Part shown: in pieces, positions 20,563 through 34,357 of the stretch
How the letters are laid out: each line of letters begins with the position of its first letter
Position numbering within the stretch: the stretch's first letter is position 1
Notes under the pieces: model-generated
What the model saw: only the letters and a program-made list of their open reading frames with translations
Told to the model about the DNA's origin: nothing
The model's database searches: none
Assembly (NCBI GenBank): GCA_963695555.1
Contig: CAVOGR010000007.1
Span: 206,139-270,138 of the forward strand
Source of the DNA: an uncultured Gemmatimonadales bacterium
Lineage (GTDB): Bacteria > Gemmatimonadota > Gemmatimonadetes > Gemmatimonadales > GWC2-71-9
Length of the DNA: 64,000 nucleotides
Direction: 5' to 3'
Made by a program: the position numbers and the translations under genes

Positions 20563-21390
20563 TCATTCCCCGATCACCACGCCCGCGATCCGCACCGGCC
20601 CACCGCTGCCCCCGGCAATCTTCATGGGGAGGGCCACGATGTATGCCCCGGTCAGTGGCATCCGGTCGAGCGCGGCCACGTTTTCCAGGGCCGGGATGTT
20701 CTCGGCGTAGAGGATTCGATGACTCTCGAACAGGGTCGATTGGCCGTAGTCGATGCTCGGTGTATCGATCCCGAGCGCGTCGATGTTTCGATTCTGTACC
20801 AACCACCGGGCCGCATCCGGATGGAGCCCCGGGAAGTGCAGCTCCGGAACCGCTTCCGGGCCGGTGAGAGTGGTGCCCAGGTACCGCGCCCGGTCGGGCC
20901 AGCGCGATCCCCATCCGCTCCGTAGCAGGAGCACCGCACCGTCCGGTATCGCACCGTGCGCTTCCTCCCAAGCCTCGAGATCGGCCACGCTCACCTGATA
21001 GTCGGGATCCGAGGCGGCGCCAGCGCTTACGTCCACCACGACCGCGGCCCCGATCAATCGGTCGATCGGTATCTGATCGTTGGTGTGCCGCCCCTCCGAA
21101 AAGTGGACCGGCGCGTCGAGATGGGTTCCGCCATGCTCCGCCATGCAGAAGTTGTTGGCAGCGTAGTAGTAGCCACCCTCGGTCATTCCCGCCGCGACGA
21201 CTTCCAGCTTGAATGGTTCCGCGGTCGGCCAAAACACCGTACGGTCATCATAGGCGTAGCTCAGATCCACCCACGTGACCCCGTCACTCGCGAACAGCTG
21301 AGCCAGCGTCTCAGCCGTGCTCGCCGGAGCCGGCCGGCATCCGAGTGTCACTAGTACCGCGCTCAAGGAGAAGAGGGTCACGCGTTGCAT
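20563..21390 (-). CDS. cyclase-family protein (kynurenine formamidase-like)
   Basis: HGGTHLDAPVHF motif plus DALGIDTPSIDY. N-terminal lipoprotein-type signal (LVTLGC). Confidence 0.8.
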   Translation of the reverse strand: MQRVTLFSLSAVLVTLGCRPAPASTAETLAQLFASDGVTWVDLSYAYDDRTVFWPTAEPFKLEVVAAGMTEGGYYYAANNFCMAEHGGTHLDAPVHFSEGRHTNDQIPIDRLIGAAVVVDVSAGAASDPDYQVSVADLEAWEEAHGAIPDGAVLLLRSGWGSRWPDRARYLGTTLTGPEAVPELHFPGLHPDAARWLVQNRNIDALGIDTPSIDYGQSTLFESHRILYAENIPALENVAALDRMPLTGAYIVALPMKIAGGSGGPVRIAGVVIGE

Positions 21391-21411
21391 GACGGAGCTC
21401 CGGATTAGGCG

Positions 21412-21933
21412 TTACTCGTCAGTTCCGGCGAGTACCGTGATCTGGTCGCGACGCACTTGAAGCATAACCGGAGTGCCGAAGGCCGCGCCGGGAATGAATC
21501 CCGCGACGATTTCCACCGTCGAGGGATCGTGCTGGTGCTCCGGCTTCGTCTCGGGATGAGGGTAGTAGACGTACCCGCGATAGGTCTTGTCGTCGAGGGT
21601 CACGCGGCAGGGCGCAAAGGAAAAATCCTCCGCCGGCGCCTGGCCTGTCCACTTGACCTGCCGGAAGGTGTGTTCGGGATAGCGGAGCGCGAACGAGAAT
21701 GGAGCGATGGAGACGTTGAGGGTCGCGGGGTAGAAGCTCGAGAAATCGAGCCCGAGTTCTTGGAAGAAGGGCAGTTGGGTGGTGATGGTGCCTTCCGGGT
21801 ATGGGCTATCCTCGCTCATTCCCGACGCGACGCCGTAGCCCTCGACCACCACGCCCGGGATGGTGACCCACTCACCGTTCTCGGTAGCCATGTCCTCTCC
21901 TGGCTCTCCCTCATCCTCAGTGGCCATTCCCAA
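21412..21933 (-). CDS. hypothetical protein, DUF120 / CTP-dependent riboflavin-kinase-like fold (tentative)
   Basis: IPGVVVEGYGVASG...FFQELGLDFSSFYPATLNVSI resembles the G-x-G...GTLNV pattern of the archaeal-type riboflavin kinase domain. Confidence 0.35.
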   Translation of the reverse strand: MGMATEDEGEPGEDMATENGEWVTIPGVVVEGYGVASGMSEDSPYPEGTITTQLPFFQELGLDFSSFYPATLNVSIAPFSFALRYPEHTFRQVKWTGQAPAEDFSFAPCRVTLDDKTYRGYVYYPHPETKPEHQHDPSTVEIVAGFIPGAAFGTPVMLQVRRDQITVLAGTDE

Positions 21934-22177
21934 ACTCCCGGCAGGATCCCGATCGCGTGTGTGAACAGCGAGATGCGCGTGGAGCGCGCCTAGGCTGACT
22001 CAATGCGGCCTGCTACCAAAGATGTCCGCGTCAACCGCCGAAAGGGAGGTCCAACGCGGATCTGATTGCAGGCCGAACCTGCCTCACTTTGCCCAATCCC
22101 CGGGTCGCGTCCTATCTTCAGTGTTACTGGGGGCCGACCCTCAGTCCGCCCCAGAGTAACCCCAACGCAGGGCGCTC

Positions 22178-24841
<2,664 letters not shown>

Positions 24842-24882
24842 GCACGCTCGTTCCCATTCCGCTCGCGGACCTGGTCCGGCGC

Positions 24883-26973
24883 ATGCGGCGCGAGGCCCAG
24901 GCGAGCCAGGCCGTCTTCGACCTGCCGGCCCGCAAGTGGTTCATTCCCGACGGCGACTTCGATTTCAGCGCCATCCACTTCTCGCGCCGGGCCGCAACGC
25001 CGGTCGGGCCCGCAGCCGGCCCGCACACGCAGCTGGCCCAAAACATCGTGCTCGCCTGGCTCGCGGGCAGCAGGATCATCGAGCTCAAGACGGTGCAGGT
25101 CAACGACCGGCTGGAGATCCCGCGGCCGTGCATCCACGTTCCGAATATCGGGTACAACGTGGAGTGGTCGCAGGAACTCAGGGTCGAGGAGTCTACCAAG
25201 GAATACGCCAAGGCGGTGTTTCTGATCGAGATCCTCAAGGCGACGCGGGCCTTCAGTCTGTTCCCGGACACCCCCGCAACCTATGCCGCGTTGGATACGG
25301 TCTACGACATCAGCGTGGGGTACGACCTCGAAGGCATCCAATCGGACAAAGTGAACAGGTTCCTCCAGGCGTTGAAGCAGCCCGCGGCGCTGTTCGACGA
25401 GCTGCGTGGCGAGCTGGCACGTGAATTCCCGGAGTACCGGGATCTCCCGCTGCCGGAATCGATTTCGGATTGCGTCACGCTCTCCACCTTCCATGGCTGC
25501 CCGGCCGACCAGATCGAGGCCATCGGCCGGTATTTGCTCGAGGAGTGCGGGCTCCACACTATCATTAAGCTGAACCCGACGCTGCTGGGGTACGAGCGCG
25601 TGCACGAACTCCTGATCGAGCGGCTGGGTTACCGGCACCTCGAGCTCCGCCCGGACGCGTTCGATCACGATCTCCAGTATGACGACGGCCTGGCCATCCT
25701 CCGCAACCTACGCGCCGTGGCAGCACGCCTCGGCTCGACCATCGGCGCCAAGTTTACCAACACGATGGTCGTGGCCAACAAGGCCGACGTGTTTCCGACC
25801 CAGGCCGATCCTTATATGTACGTGTCGGGCCCGCCGCTCCACGTGATCGCGATGACGCTGATGCAGCGCTTCCGTGAAGACCTGGGCTTTGAGTTCCCGG
25901 TCTCGTTCTCCGCCGGCGTCGACGCCAAGAATTTTCCGGCCGCGGTGGCGTGCGGTATGGTGCCCGTTACCACCTGCACCGATCTGCTGCGCCAAGGGGG
26001 CTACGGCCGGTTACCGGCGTACCTCCGCGCCCTGGGCAGAGAGATGCAACGGGTCGGCGTGACCTCGCGCGAAGCCTTCGTGCTGGCCGCCCGAGGGCGG
26101 GGAGCGGAGGCCGCCAAGGCAGCGCTCAAACTGGTGAGCGTCGATGCCGGGTTGTGGCACCGCGAAGGGACCGGCCTCACCAAGACCGCCGAGGAACATC
26201 CGGACGACCTGCCACGAGCGCTCCGGGCGCTGGCGCCCGCGCAAGGACTCGTTCCCGACGACTTGGTACTCCTCGCCACCCGCCTCGCGGGCCGGCTGAA
26301 CGGGAATGACATCGTCCCGCTCCTCCCCAGCGACACGCGCTATCACGCGGACGCCAACGCCAAGCCGCCGCGTACGATCGACAGCACACTCGACCTCTAC
26401 GATTGCATCAACTGCGACCTCTGCATCGCCGCCTGCCCCAATGACGCCATCTTCGCCTACGAGTCCACACCAGTCGCGACCGACACCGTGCGTCTCGAGA
26501 CGGACGGCGCAGGAGGGATCCGGCGCCTGGCGGGCCGCGGATTCACCATCAACGAGGCTCACCAGCTCGCGGTGATCGAGGGGGCGTGCAACGAGTGCTC
26601 CAACTGCGAAGTGTACTGCCCCGAGGTCGGCGCCCCGTTCGTGGTGAAAGAGCGGCTGTTCCTGACCCACGGCGATTTCGACCGGGCGCACCATCTCGAC
26701 GGATTCGTTCGCGAAGGGAATGTTCTCCTGGCGCGCCTGGACGGACGGAACCTGAGGCTCCGGCAGGACCATGCGGCGAATCGCGCAATAGTGACCGGAG
26801 AAGGAATCGACCTCCAGCTCAGCCTGGATCCATTCGAGGTAACCGGCGGAATGGTGTCGGATGACGGAGCAATCGATACGGCGGTCCTCTGGAGGATGAA
26901 GACGGTGTGGGACTCGATCTTCTGCGCCGCCGCCCCAAACATGCTCAACTCGATGCACCACACCGATGAGTGA
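24883..26973 (+). CDS. Fe-S oxidoreductase resembling the N-terminal two-thirds of YgfK
   Basis: PVGPAAGPHTQLAQNIV...IELKTVQ block and two ferredoxin motifs, CINCDLCIAACP and CNECSNCEVYCP. Similarity seems to continue upstream of the ATG (LVPIPLADLVRR). It lacks a GltD-like C-terminal domain. Confidence 0.6.
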   Translation: MRREAQASQAVFDLPARKWFIPDGDFDFSAIHFSRRAATPVGPAAGPHTQLAQNIVLAWLAGSRIIELKTVQVNDRLEIPRPCIHVPNIGYNVEWSQELRVEESTKEYAKAVFLIEILKATRAFSLFPDTPATYAALDTVYDISVGYDLEGIQSDKVNRFLQALKQPAALFDELRGELAREFPEYRDLPLPESISDCVTLSTFHGCPADQIEAIGRYLLEECGLHTIIKLNPTLLGYERVHELLIERLGYRHLELRPDAFDHDLQYDDGLAILRNLRAVAARLGSTIGAKFTNTMVVANKADVFPTQADPYMYVSGPPLHVIAMTLMQRFREDLGFEFPVSFSAGVDAKNFPAAVACGMVPVTTCTDLLRQGGYGRLPAYLRALGREMQRVGVTSREAFVLAARGRGAEAAKAALKLVSVDAGLWHREGTGLTKTAEEHPDDLPRALRALAPAQGLVPDDLVLLATRLAGRLNGNDIVPLLPSDTRYHADANAKPPRTIDSTLDLYDCINCDLCIAACPNDAIFAYESTPVATDTVRLETDGAGGIRRLAGRGFTINEAHQLAVIEGACNECSNCEVYCPEVGAPFVVKERLFLTHGDFDRAHHLDGFVREGNVLLARLDGRNLRLRQDHAANRAIVTGEGIDLQLSLDPFEVTGGMVSDDGAIDTAVLWRMKTVWDSIFCAAAPNMLNSMHHTDE

Positions 26974-28343
26974 TACCATCCTGCTCGGCAACGGGGTGGT
27001 GGCGACCCCATGCATTTCCGATGAGTCTGCTGAACCACGTATCGTTCCTAACGGCGCGGTCGTCTGGCGCGGCGATCGGATCCTCGGTGTCGGGCCGGAA
27101 GCGAATCTCCGGCGAGAATTTCCCGACGCCGGGTTCATGGACGCCCACGGCGGCCTGATCATCCCGGGGCTGATCAACCTGCATCATCACTTCTACTCGG
27201 CGCTGGCGCGTGGGCTCGATCCCAACACGCCAATGAAAGATTTCGGCGAGGTGCTGGACCGGCTGTGGTGGCGGCTCGATCGCGCACTCGACCTGGAAGC
27301 GGTGCGGATCTCCGCCCAACTGTCGGCGGCGGATTGCATCCGCTCGGGCTGCACGACGGTGTTCGACCACCACGCATCGCCGCAACGCCATCGCCGGCAG
27401 CCTGGATACGATCGCCGACGCGATGGAAGACGCCGGCCTGTCGGCGGCACTGTGTACGAAGTCACCGACCGAAACGGGCACGACCAGGCGGTGGCCGGCC
27501 TCGACGAGAACCTCCGCTTCGTGCGCCAGCGCCAGCGTCCCGGATTCGCGGTCTCCTGGGGCTCCACGCGAGCTTCACCCTGCGGGACGAGACCATGAAG
27601 CTCGCGGCCGAACGCCGCCAGGACGGCATGGGCTGCCACATCCACGTGGCCGAGGACCCGATCGACGTTACCGCGCTCGGAGGAGGCCTTCGGCAGGCGG
27701 CCGGTCGAACGGCTGGAGCAGTTCGGGTTGCTCGACTCGCGCTGTCTCATGGCGCACGGCATTCACCTGGCCGCCGACGATTACCGCACCATCGCGGCGC
27801 ACGACGCGGTGATGATCCACAATCCCGAGTCGAACGCCAACAACGGCGTCGGTCGACTTGAACGTGGTGGACACTACCGGCTCACGGCTGCCTGGTGGGG
27901 CTCGGCACCGACGGGATGTCGTCCGCCGTGCTGCGCGCGCTCCGCTTCGCGTTCCTCACCCATCGCGGCCTCCAGCGCGACCCGCTCGAGCGGGTTCCCG
28001 GCGCTACCCGACCTGCTCTCGAACAACGCGCGCGTCGCCCGGCGCTTCTTCGACGAGCCCATGCTCGGCGAGTTAGCCACCGACGCGCCGGCGGACATCG
28101 CGGTGCTCGACGCGCCGCCGCCCACTGCCGATCGAAGCGGGCAACGTGTTCGCCCATCTGGTCTACGGCGCGAGCGAGGCGCCGGTGCGGCATACCATCG
28201 CCCGCGGGCATGTGCTGCTTCAGGACTTCCACCATACCGCCGTCGACACCGAACGCCTGGCCGCCCGGGCCCGCGAGGCGTCCCCCGCCCTCTGGGACCG
28301 GTTTCACGCCTTGCCATGGGGCACTAGCTTTCTCGGCACTTGA
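26966..28343 (+). pseudogene. ssnA: SsnA-like amidohydrolase (chlorohydrolase family) with multiple frameshifts
   Basis: N-terminus GLIIPGLINLHHHFYSALARG (HxH metal motif). Later blocks are in other frames (MGCHIHVAEDPIDV, SRCLMAHGIHL, IHNPESNANNGVG, MFAHLVYGASEAPVRHTIARGHVLLQD). Confidence 0.7.
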
Positions 28344-28375
28344 TTCCCAGCCACCGGGCCAGACGGGTATACCGC

Positions 28376-29847
28376 ATGCCGGCACCAGAGAAGACGACCA
28401 AGAGCGAGAAGCGCCGCCGCGCGGTAGCGACATGTCGCGAGCGCGGCATCTTGATCCCGACGTTCGCCCAGATGCGCGATCCCGATAGCATCGACCCGGT
28501 CATCACGGCCAAGCTCTCGCGGCATCGACATGCAGGCGGTGCGATCCGCTCAACCTGTTCCGCATCACCTGGCACAACGATCCCGAGACCGGCGGCTTCG
28601 GGTCGGTCAACGCGCTCGAGCTTCCGCCCGTCGCTGACCGGCGTGCCGGCGCGGATCGTGGGGCTGGTGGGCGAGCACTTCCCCACCGGCGCCCACAAGG
28701 TGGGCGCGGCCTTCGGTTGCCTGGTGCCGCGGCTCGTTTCCGGCGAGTTCGACCCCACCACCCAACGCGCGGTCTGGCCGTCGACCGGCAACTACTGCCG
28801 CGGCGGCGCGTTCGACAGCGCGCTGCTCGGCTGCCATGCGGTGGCCATCCTGCCCGAGGAGATGAGCCGGGAGCGGTTCGAATGGCTGGAACAGATCGGC
28901 GCCGAGGTCATCGCGACGCCCGGCTGCGAGAGCAACGTCAAGGAGATCTTCGACGCCTGCTGGGAGATCCGCCGGACCAGCCCCGAGGCGGTGATCTTCA
29001 ACCAGTTCGACGAGTTCGGGAACTACCTGTGGCATTACGGCGTGACTGGGCCGGCCGCGGAGGAGGCGTTCCGGCGCCGAAGCGGCCCGGCGACCAGTTC
29101 GCCGCATGGGTCGGCGCCACCGGCTCGGCCGGCACACTGGCGACCGGAGACTATCTGAAGCGCGCACTTCCCGGGTTGCGCCATCACCGCCGCCGAGGCG
29201 CTCCAGTGCCCGACCCTGCTACGCAGGCGGGCTTCGGCGGACACCGCATCGAGGGCATCGGTGACAAGCACGTGCCGTGGATCCACAACGTGCGGAACAC
29301 CGACCTGGTCACGGCCATCGACGACGAGGCCACCATGCGCCTCATGCGGCTGTTCAACGAGCCGGCGGGCCACGCGGTGCTGGCGCGCTACGGCGTGCCC
29401 GATGCCACCATCGCCGCAGCTTCCGCTCCTCGGCATCTCGAGCATCTGCAACCTGCTCGCCGCCATCAAGACGGCGCAAGTACTACGAGTTCGACGACGC
29501 ACGACATGCTGTTCACGTCGTTCACCGATTCGGTGGATCTCTACCGGACCCGCCTGGTCGAGCTGCAGCGAACAGCACGGGCCGTACACCGAGCTGGCCG
29601 CGGCCGATCGACTTCGAGCGCTACCTGCTGGGCACCGCGACGGACCATTTGCGGGAGCTGCGGTACACCGACCGGAAGGCGATCCACAACTTGAAGTACT
29701 TCACCTGGGTCGAGCAGCAGGGCAAGACCGCAGAGGAGCTCGACGCGGTTGTGGAGCCCGGCGTTCTGGCAGGAACTTGCCGGGCAGCTGCCGGGGCTGG
29801 ACGAGCAGATCAGGGCGTTCAACAGCGACACCGGACTGGGCAGCTAG
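28376..29847 (+). pseudogene. PLP-dependent enzyme of the Trp-synthase-beta/cysteine-synthase (PALP) fold, with many frameshifts
   Basis: FPTGAHKVGAAFGCLV (PLP-Lys region), STGNYCRGGAFDSALLG and NQFDEFGNYLWHYG in one frame. NLFRITWHNDPETGGFG, GHRIEGIGDKHVPWIHN, LLGISSICNLLAAIK and YLLGTATDHLRELRYTDRKAIHNLKYFTWVEQQGKT lie in other frames. Confidence 0.6.
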
Positions 29848-29885
29848 CCGGCCCGGTCGAGACAATGAGACGGAGACACGAGAGC

Positions 29886-31131
29886 ATGACTCAGGCGAGT
29901 AAGCAGGCTCTGGCCGATGCCGGCCGGTACGAGGCCGACATCGTCGCGTTTCTTGCGGGAGATGATCGCCATTCCCGCCGAGAGCCTGAAGGAAGGCGAG
30001 CGGTGCGAGCGGGTGCGGACGGAGTATCAGAAGCTGGGCTTCGACGAGGTCTTCTTCGATACCCTGGGGAACGTCATCGCCAAGGTCGGCGATGGCCCGC
30101 TCACCATACTGATGGACGGCCATATCGATTGCGTGGGCGTGGGCGACCGCGGCGCCTGGGAGTTCGACCCGTTCGAGGGCAAGCTCGAGGACGGCAAGGT
30201 GTGGGGCCGCGGCGCGGTGGACGAGCTGCCGGCCGTGGCCTGCATGGCTTATGCCGCCAAGCTGATCATGGAACGCGGCCTGCCCAAGGACGTGACGCTC
30301 TATTTGTCGGCCACGATCATGGAAGAGGACTGCGACGGCTACTGCCTGTTGCACATGATCGAAAAGGAGAACATCCAGCCCGACGTGGTGATCATCGGCG
30401 AGCCCACAGATTTGAACGTGTATCGCGGGCATAGGGGCCGAGTCGAGATCATGATCCGCACCAAGGGCGTGTCGGCCCATGCGGCGCATAGCGAGCGCGG
30501 GGTGAACGCGCTCTACAAGGCGGCGCGCATCATGCTCGACATCGAGGCGCTGAACCAGCGGCTCCCGGTGGACGACTTCCTGGGCAAGGGATCGATTGTG
30601 GTGTCATCGGTCGAGTGCACTACCGCGTCGCTCAATGCCGTACCGGACAGTGCCACGATCTATGTCGACCGCCGCATGACCGCAGGCGAGACGGTCGACG
30701 GCGTGCTGGCCGAACTCCGGGCGCTGCCGCAGTTGGGCGACGCCACGGTTGAGGTAATGAATTACGATGTGACCAGCTGGCTCGGCGAGCGGGCCCATCA
30801 GGAGAAATTCTACCCCACCTGGGTCATGCCCGAGGATCATCCGTTGATCCAGGGTGTGGCGCACGCGGTCGAGGCGGTACTCGGTACTCGGCCCAAGATT
30901 TCCCGCTGGGGGTTCTCCACCAACGGCGTCGCCAGCATGGGCCGGCACGGCATTCCGACCGTGGGGTTCGCGCCGGGGCTGGAGGAGCTGGCACACACGA
31001 CCAAGGAATGGGTGTCGGTGGAAGATCTGGTGAAGGCCACCGCTGTGTACAGCGTCATTCCGCAATTATTGGCCGAACGCAAGGATCAACTCTTGGCGGC
31101 CCCTCAAGGGTCGGAGAAGGTTGGCAGCTAG
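29886..31131 (+). CDS. ygeY: YgeY-like M20-family hydrolase (one frameshift near TTT 29949-29951)
   Basis: MTQASKQALADAGRYEADIVAFL in one frame, then REMIAIPAESLKEGERCERV...MDGHIDCVGVGD...WGRGAVDE...GEPTD...FSTNG in the 29917 frame. Confidence 0.8.
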
Positions 31132-31134
31132 CCA

Positions 31135-32109
31135 ATGGACAAGAAACTCAAGGGCCGCGACTTCATCAGTACCCAGGACTGGACCCAGGAGGAGCTCGAG
31201 GCCCTGTTCGCGCTGGCGGCGGAGCTCAAGGCGGCGAAGCGCGCAGGGAAGCCCACGCCGATGCTCGCGGCCAAGACGCTGTACATGATCTTCTTCGACG
31301 CGTCGACCCGCACCCGGAATTCCTTCGAGACCGGCATGACCCAGCTGGGCGGGCATGCCATTTACCTCTCACCCGACAGGATGCAGATCAGCCACGGCGA
31401 GAACGCGCGCGACACGGCCAACGTCCTGTCGCGCTACGGCGACGGCATTGCCATCCGCCACTGCGCCTACGGCGAGGGCAACAAGTATCTGAACGACGTG
31501 GCCAAGCACGCCAGCATCCCGCTGCTCAACATGCAGTGCGACATCTACCATCCGTGCCAGATTCTGGCCGACTACCTGACCATCCGGGAGAAGTTCGGCG
31601 ACACCAAGGGGCTCAAACTCGGCGTGTCGTGGACCAGTGCTCCGAACTACGTGCGGCCGCTCTCGGTGCCGCAGAGCCTGATCCTGATGATGCCTCGGTT
31701 CGGGATCGACGTGACCCTGGCCTACCCGCCCGAGTTCAAGCTCATGCCGCACATCGAGGCGCAGGCTAAGGCCAACGCCAAGGCGGCGGGGACCAAGTTC
31801 GAGATCACTCATGAGTTCGAGGATGCGTTCCGCGACGCCGACGCGGTGGTCCCCAAGTCGTGGGGCCCGCTGGTCACCACCGAGGACACGAAGCAGGGCT
31901 TGGCCCTGATCGAGAAGTACCCCACCTGGCGCACCGGCATGGATCACATGCGGCTCGGCAAGAAGCACCTGATTTACATGCATCCCCTCCCGGCCGACCG
32001 TGGGCGCGAGGTGACCGACGAGGTGATCGACGGGCCGCAGTCGGTGGTGTACGACGAGGCTGAGAACCGGCTCCATGTGCAGAAGGCGCTCATGGCGCTG
32101 ACCATGTAG
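31135..32109 (+). CDS. ygeW: carbamoyltransferase of the OTC/ATC superfamily, YgeW-like by sequence and context
   Basis: STRTRNSFE carbamoyl-phosphate motif, HPCQILAD, HPLPADRGREV. Adjacent to ygeY/ssnA-type genes. Confidence 0.75.
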   Translation: MDKKLKGRDFISTQDWTQEELEALFALAAELKAAKRAGKPTPMLAAKTLYMIFFDASTRTRNSFETGMTQLGGHAIYLSPDRMQISHGENARDTANVLSRYGDGIAIRHCAYGEGNKYLNDVAKHASIPLLNMQCDIYHPCQILADYLTIREKFGDTKGLKLGVSWTSAPNYVRPLSVPQSLILMMPRFGIDVTLAYPPEFKLMPHIEAQAKANAKAAGTKFEITHEFEDAFRDADAVVPKSWGPLVTTEDTKQGLALIEKYPTWRTGMDHMRLGKKHLIYMHPLPADRGREVTDEVIDGPQSVVYDEAENRLHVQKALMALTM

Positions 32110-32121
32110 CGTGGTGACGTC

Positions 32122-33355
32122 GTGAGCGGCTTTGGGTTTCGCTGCACCGAGTGCGCCAAGGCGTATGGCGAGGACGACGTCCGGCTGGTGTGTCCCGCCT
32201 GCAAAGGGAAGCAGGAGCCCGGCGGCGTTACTCGGGGCGTGCTCGAGGTGGAGATCGATGAGCTGCCGACCAGTTGGCCCGATGCACCGCCCTCTCATCC
32301 CGATTTCCTGACCGCGTTTCTGCCCATCGAGTCGGCGGAGCATTTGCCGCCGCTCCCGGTGGGCGGCACACCGCTCCTGCCGGTGCCGGAACTGCGTCGC
32401 GCGCTCGAGATGCCGCGGCTTTGGCTGAAGGACGATACCCGAAACCCCAGCGGCTCGACCAAGGACCGGGCATCGCTCCTGGTGGTGGCCAAGGCGCGGC
32501 AGTACGGCTACGACACCGTGGCCGCCGCATCCACTGGGAACGCCGCGACCGCGCTCGCGGCCGTGTCGGCCGCCGCCGGTACACGAGCGATCCTGTTTCG
32601 TGCCGGCGGCGGCACCCGAGGCCAAGCTGGTGCAGATGCTGAGCTATGGCGCGACCGTGCTGCCCATCGACGGCAACTACGACGACGCGTTCGAGCTGTG
32701 CCTGGCCGCGTGCGAGGAGTTCGGCTGGTACAACCGGAACACCGCACTCAATCCGTTCACGATCGAAGGAAAGAAGACCGCGGGGCTCGAGATCGCGTTG
32801 AGTATGGCGCCGGAGGTGCCGGACGCGGTGCTGGTGCCCACCGGCGACGGGGTCATCCTGGCCGGCGTGGCCAAGGGGTTCGCCGATCTGGTGCGTTCAG
32901 GGCTGATCGATCGCATGCCGCGGATGATCGCGGTCCAGCCCGAGGGCGCGGCGGCGATCGTCACCGCCCTTAAGGAAGGCAGCGAGACCATCACGCCGGT
33001 GCCGGGTGCACACAGCGTGGCCGATTCACTGACTGTCGAGGCGCCGCGGAACGCGCTTCAGTGCCTCCGGGTCATTCGCGCCTCGGGCGGAAGCGGCGTC
33101 GCCGTACCCGACGCCGCTATCCTCGAGGCTATTCCCCGCCTAGCCGGCCTCAGCGGCGTCTTCGCCGAGCCGTCGGCGGCGGCGGGGTTGGCGGGGCTGG
33201 AGGTGGCGGTGGAGGAGGGCTTGGTGGAGCGGGGCGAGCGGGTGGTATTGTTGGTGACCGGCACCGGGCTCAAGGACGTACCGGCGGCGGCCCGGGCGGT
33301 GGAGCGGCCGGCTACCATAGCACCGAGGTTGGAGGCGGTGGCGGGGCGGGTGTGA
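32122..33355 (+). pseudogene. threonine-synthase-like PLP enzyme with N-terminal Cys4 zinc ribbon, one frameshift near 32598
   Basis: CTECAKAY...CPACKG, then NPSGSTKDRAS (PLP-Lys motif) and AASTGNAA. The frame changes after AILF to VPAAAPEAKLVQMLSYGATV... Confidence 0.75.
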
Positions 33356-33406
33356 GGCGATTGTCGGCGGCCGTGGCTCCGTCATCCAGGTCCTACCATC
33401 GTTGCA

Positions 33407-33422
33407 CTAGGGTTTCCCCTAG
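33407..33422. promoter_or_regulatory. perfect palindrome CTAGGG-TTTC-CCCTAG (candidate operator, copy 1)
   Basis: Read directly from the sequence. Lies 156 nt upstream of the ATG at 33578. Confidence 0.35.
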
Positions 33423-33577
33423 CCCACGGGGTCATGGGGTGGCAGGATCGTGCAAGCCTGTCAAACTTAGAATGCTCTCCGGCGACACACCCCATGTCCT
33501 CCCCAGATCTGCGCAGTCCATTTCTGGGCTAGGCGACATCACCGGCCGCCGCTGACCCGCCACCGAGGAGTCCTACA

Positions 33578-34324
33578 ATGGAGCAGCTGCAGGCACGCAC
33601 GCAGCTTGTACGCATCCGTGCGGAACTGATTGCTGCCGACCTGGAGGCGCACGACACCGCGTTCCCGTCCCTTCGGTCAGTCGATGCACGTGTCCGCGAG
33701 GTCAAGCTCATTCTGAGCAGCATTGGTGCCACGCTGCTTCTAGATGAGATGGAGAAGGACGCCGACTTCGGCGCGAACAGCCGGCGCGTTAGACTCGAGG
33801 CGCTCGCAAACTACTGCGCGACAGCACTAACCTTCCTTGACGCTGGCGCTTTGGGCCGTAAGAGACAGCTGGTTCGGGGTCCCTCCTTTCACCGCTTGAC
33901 CGTGGTTATGCCAGGCCTGGAGGAAGTTGTGCAAGAGCGCTGGCTCGAGGCCCAGCGGTGCCAGCATGCGAAGGCTTATCTTGCCGCTGTCATAATCATG
34001 GGTAGCATTCTTGAGGGCCTGCTCCTTGCGCGCGCGTCTCTCGATGCTCCTGCCGCTTTCCGAGCAGCAGCGGCCCCGCGGGCTCGCGACGGCAAGAACG
34101 TCGCCCTGCAGGACTGGAAGCTCTCGGCGCTGATCGATGTTGCTGTCGAGCTGCGTTGGCTCAAGAGTGACCGAGGTAGCTTCTCCCACGCGCTCCGGCA
34201 GTCACGCAACGTGTTACACCCATGGGAGCACGTATCCAATGCAGCAAATTTTGATGAGGCGACCTGCGGAACGTGCTGGCACGTCCTGAACGCGGCTGTC
34301 CAGGACCTCCTCGTCTCTATTTAG
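33578..34324 (+). CDS. hypothetical protein with C-terminal HEPN-like Rx6H / RNxxH motif
   Basis: 248 aa. LRQSRNVLHPWEH (34196-34219) follows a helical region. GAGGAG RBS. Lower-GC region. Confidence 0.4.
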   Translation: MEQLQARTQLVRIRAELIAADLEAHDTAFPSLRSVDARVREVKLILSSIGATLLLDEMEKDADFGANSRRVRLEALANYCATALTFLDAGALGRKRQLVRGPSFHRLTVVMPGLEEVVQERWLEAQRCQHAKAYLAAVIIMGSILEGLLLARASLDAPAAFRAAAAPRARDGKNVALQDWKLSALIDVAVELRWLKSDRGSFSHALRQSRNVLHPWEHVSNAANFDEATCGTCWHVLNAAVQDLLVSI

Positions 34325-34357
34325 CAGACTTTCACCCCGGAGCCACTAGCTGCGCGA

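Noticed and set aside
21990-22177. Possible Moco or purine riboswitch in the 190-nt leader of the molybdenum hydroxylase gene.
   Set aside because: I found only vague fragments (CCGAAAGGGAGG). I could not assemble the conserved helices or loops of either riboswitch class by eye. An Infernal search with RF01055/RF00167 would be needed.
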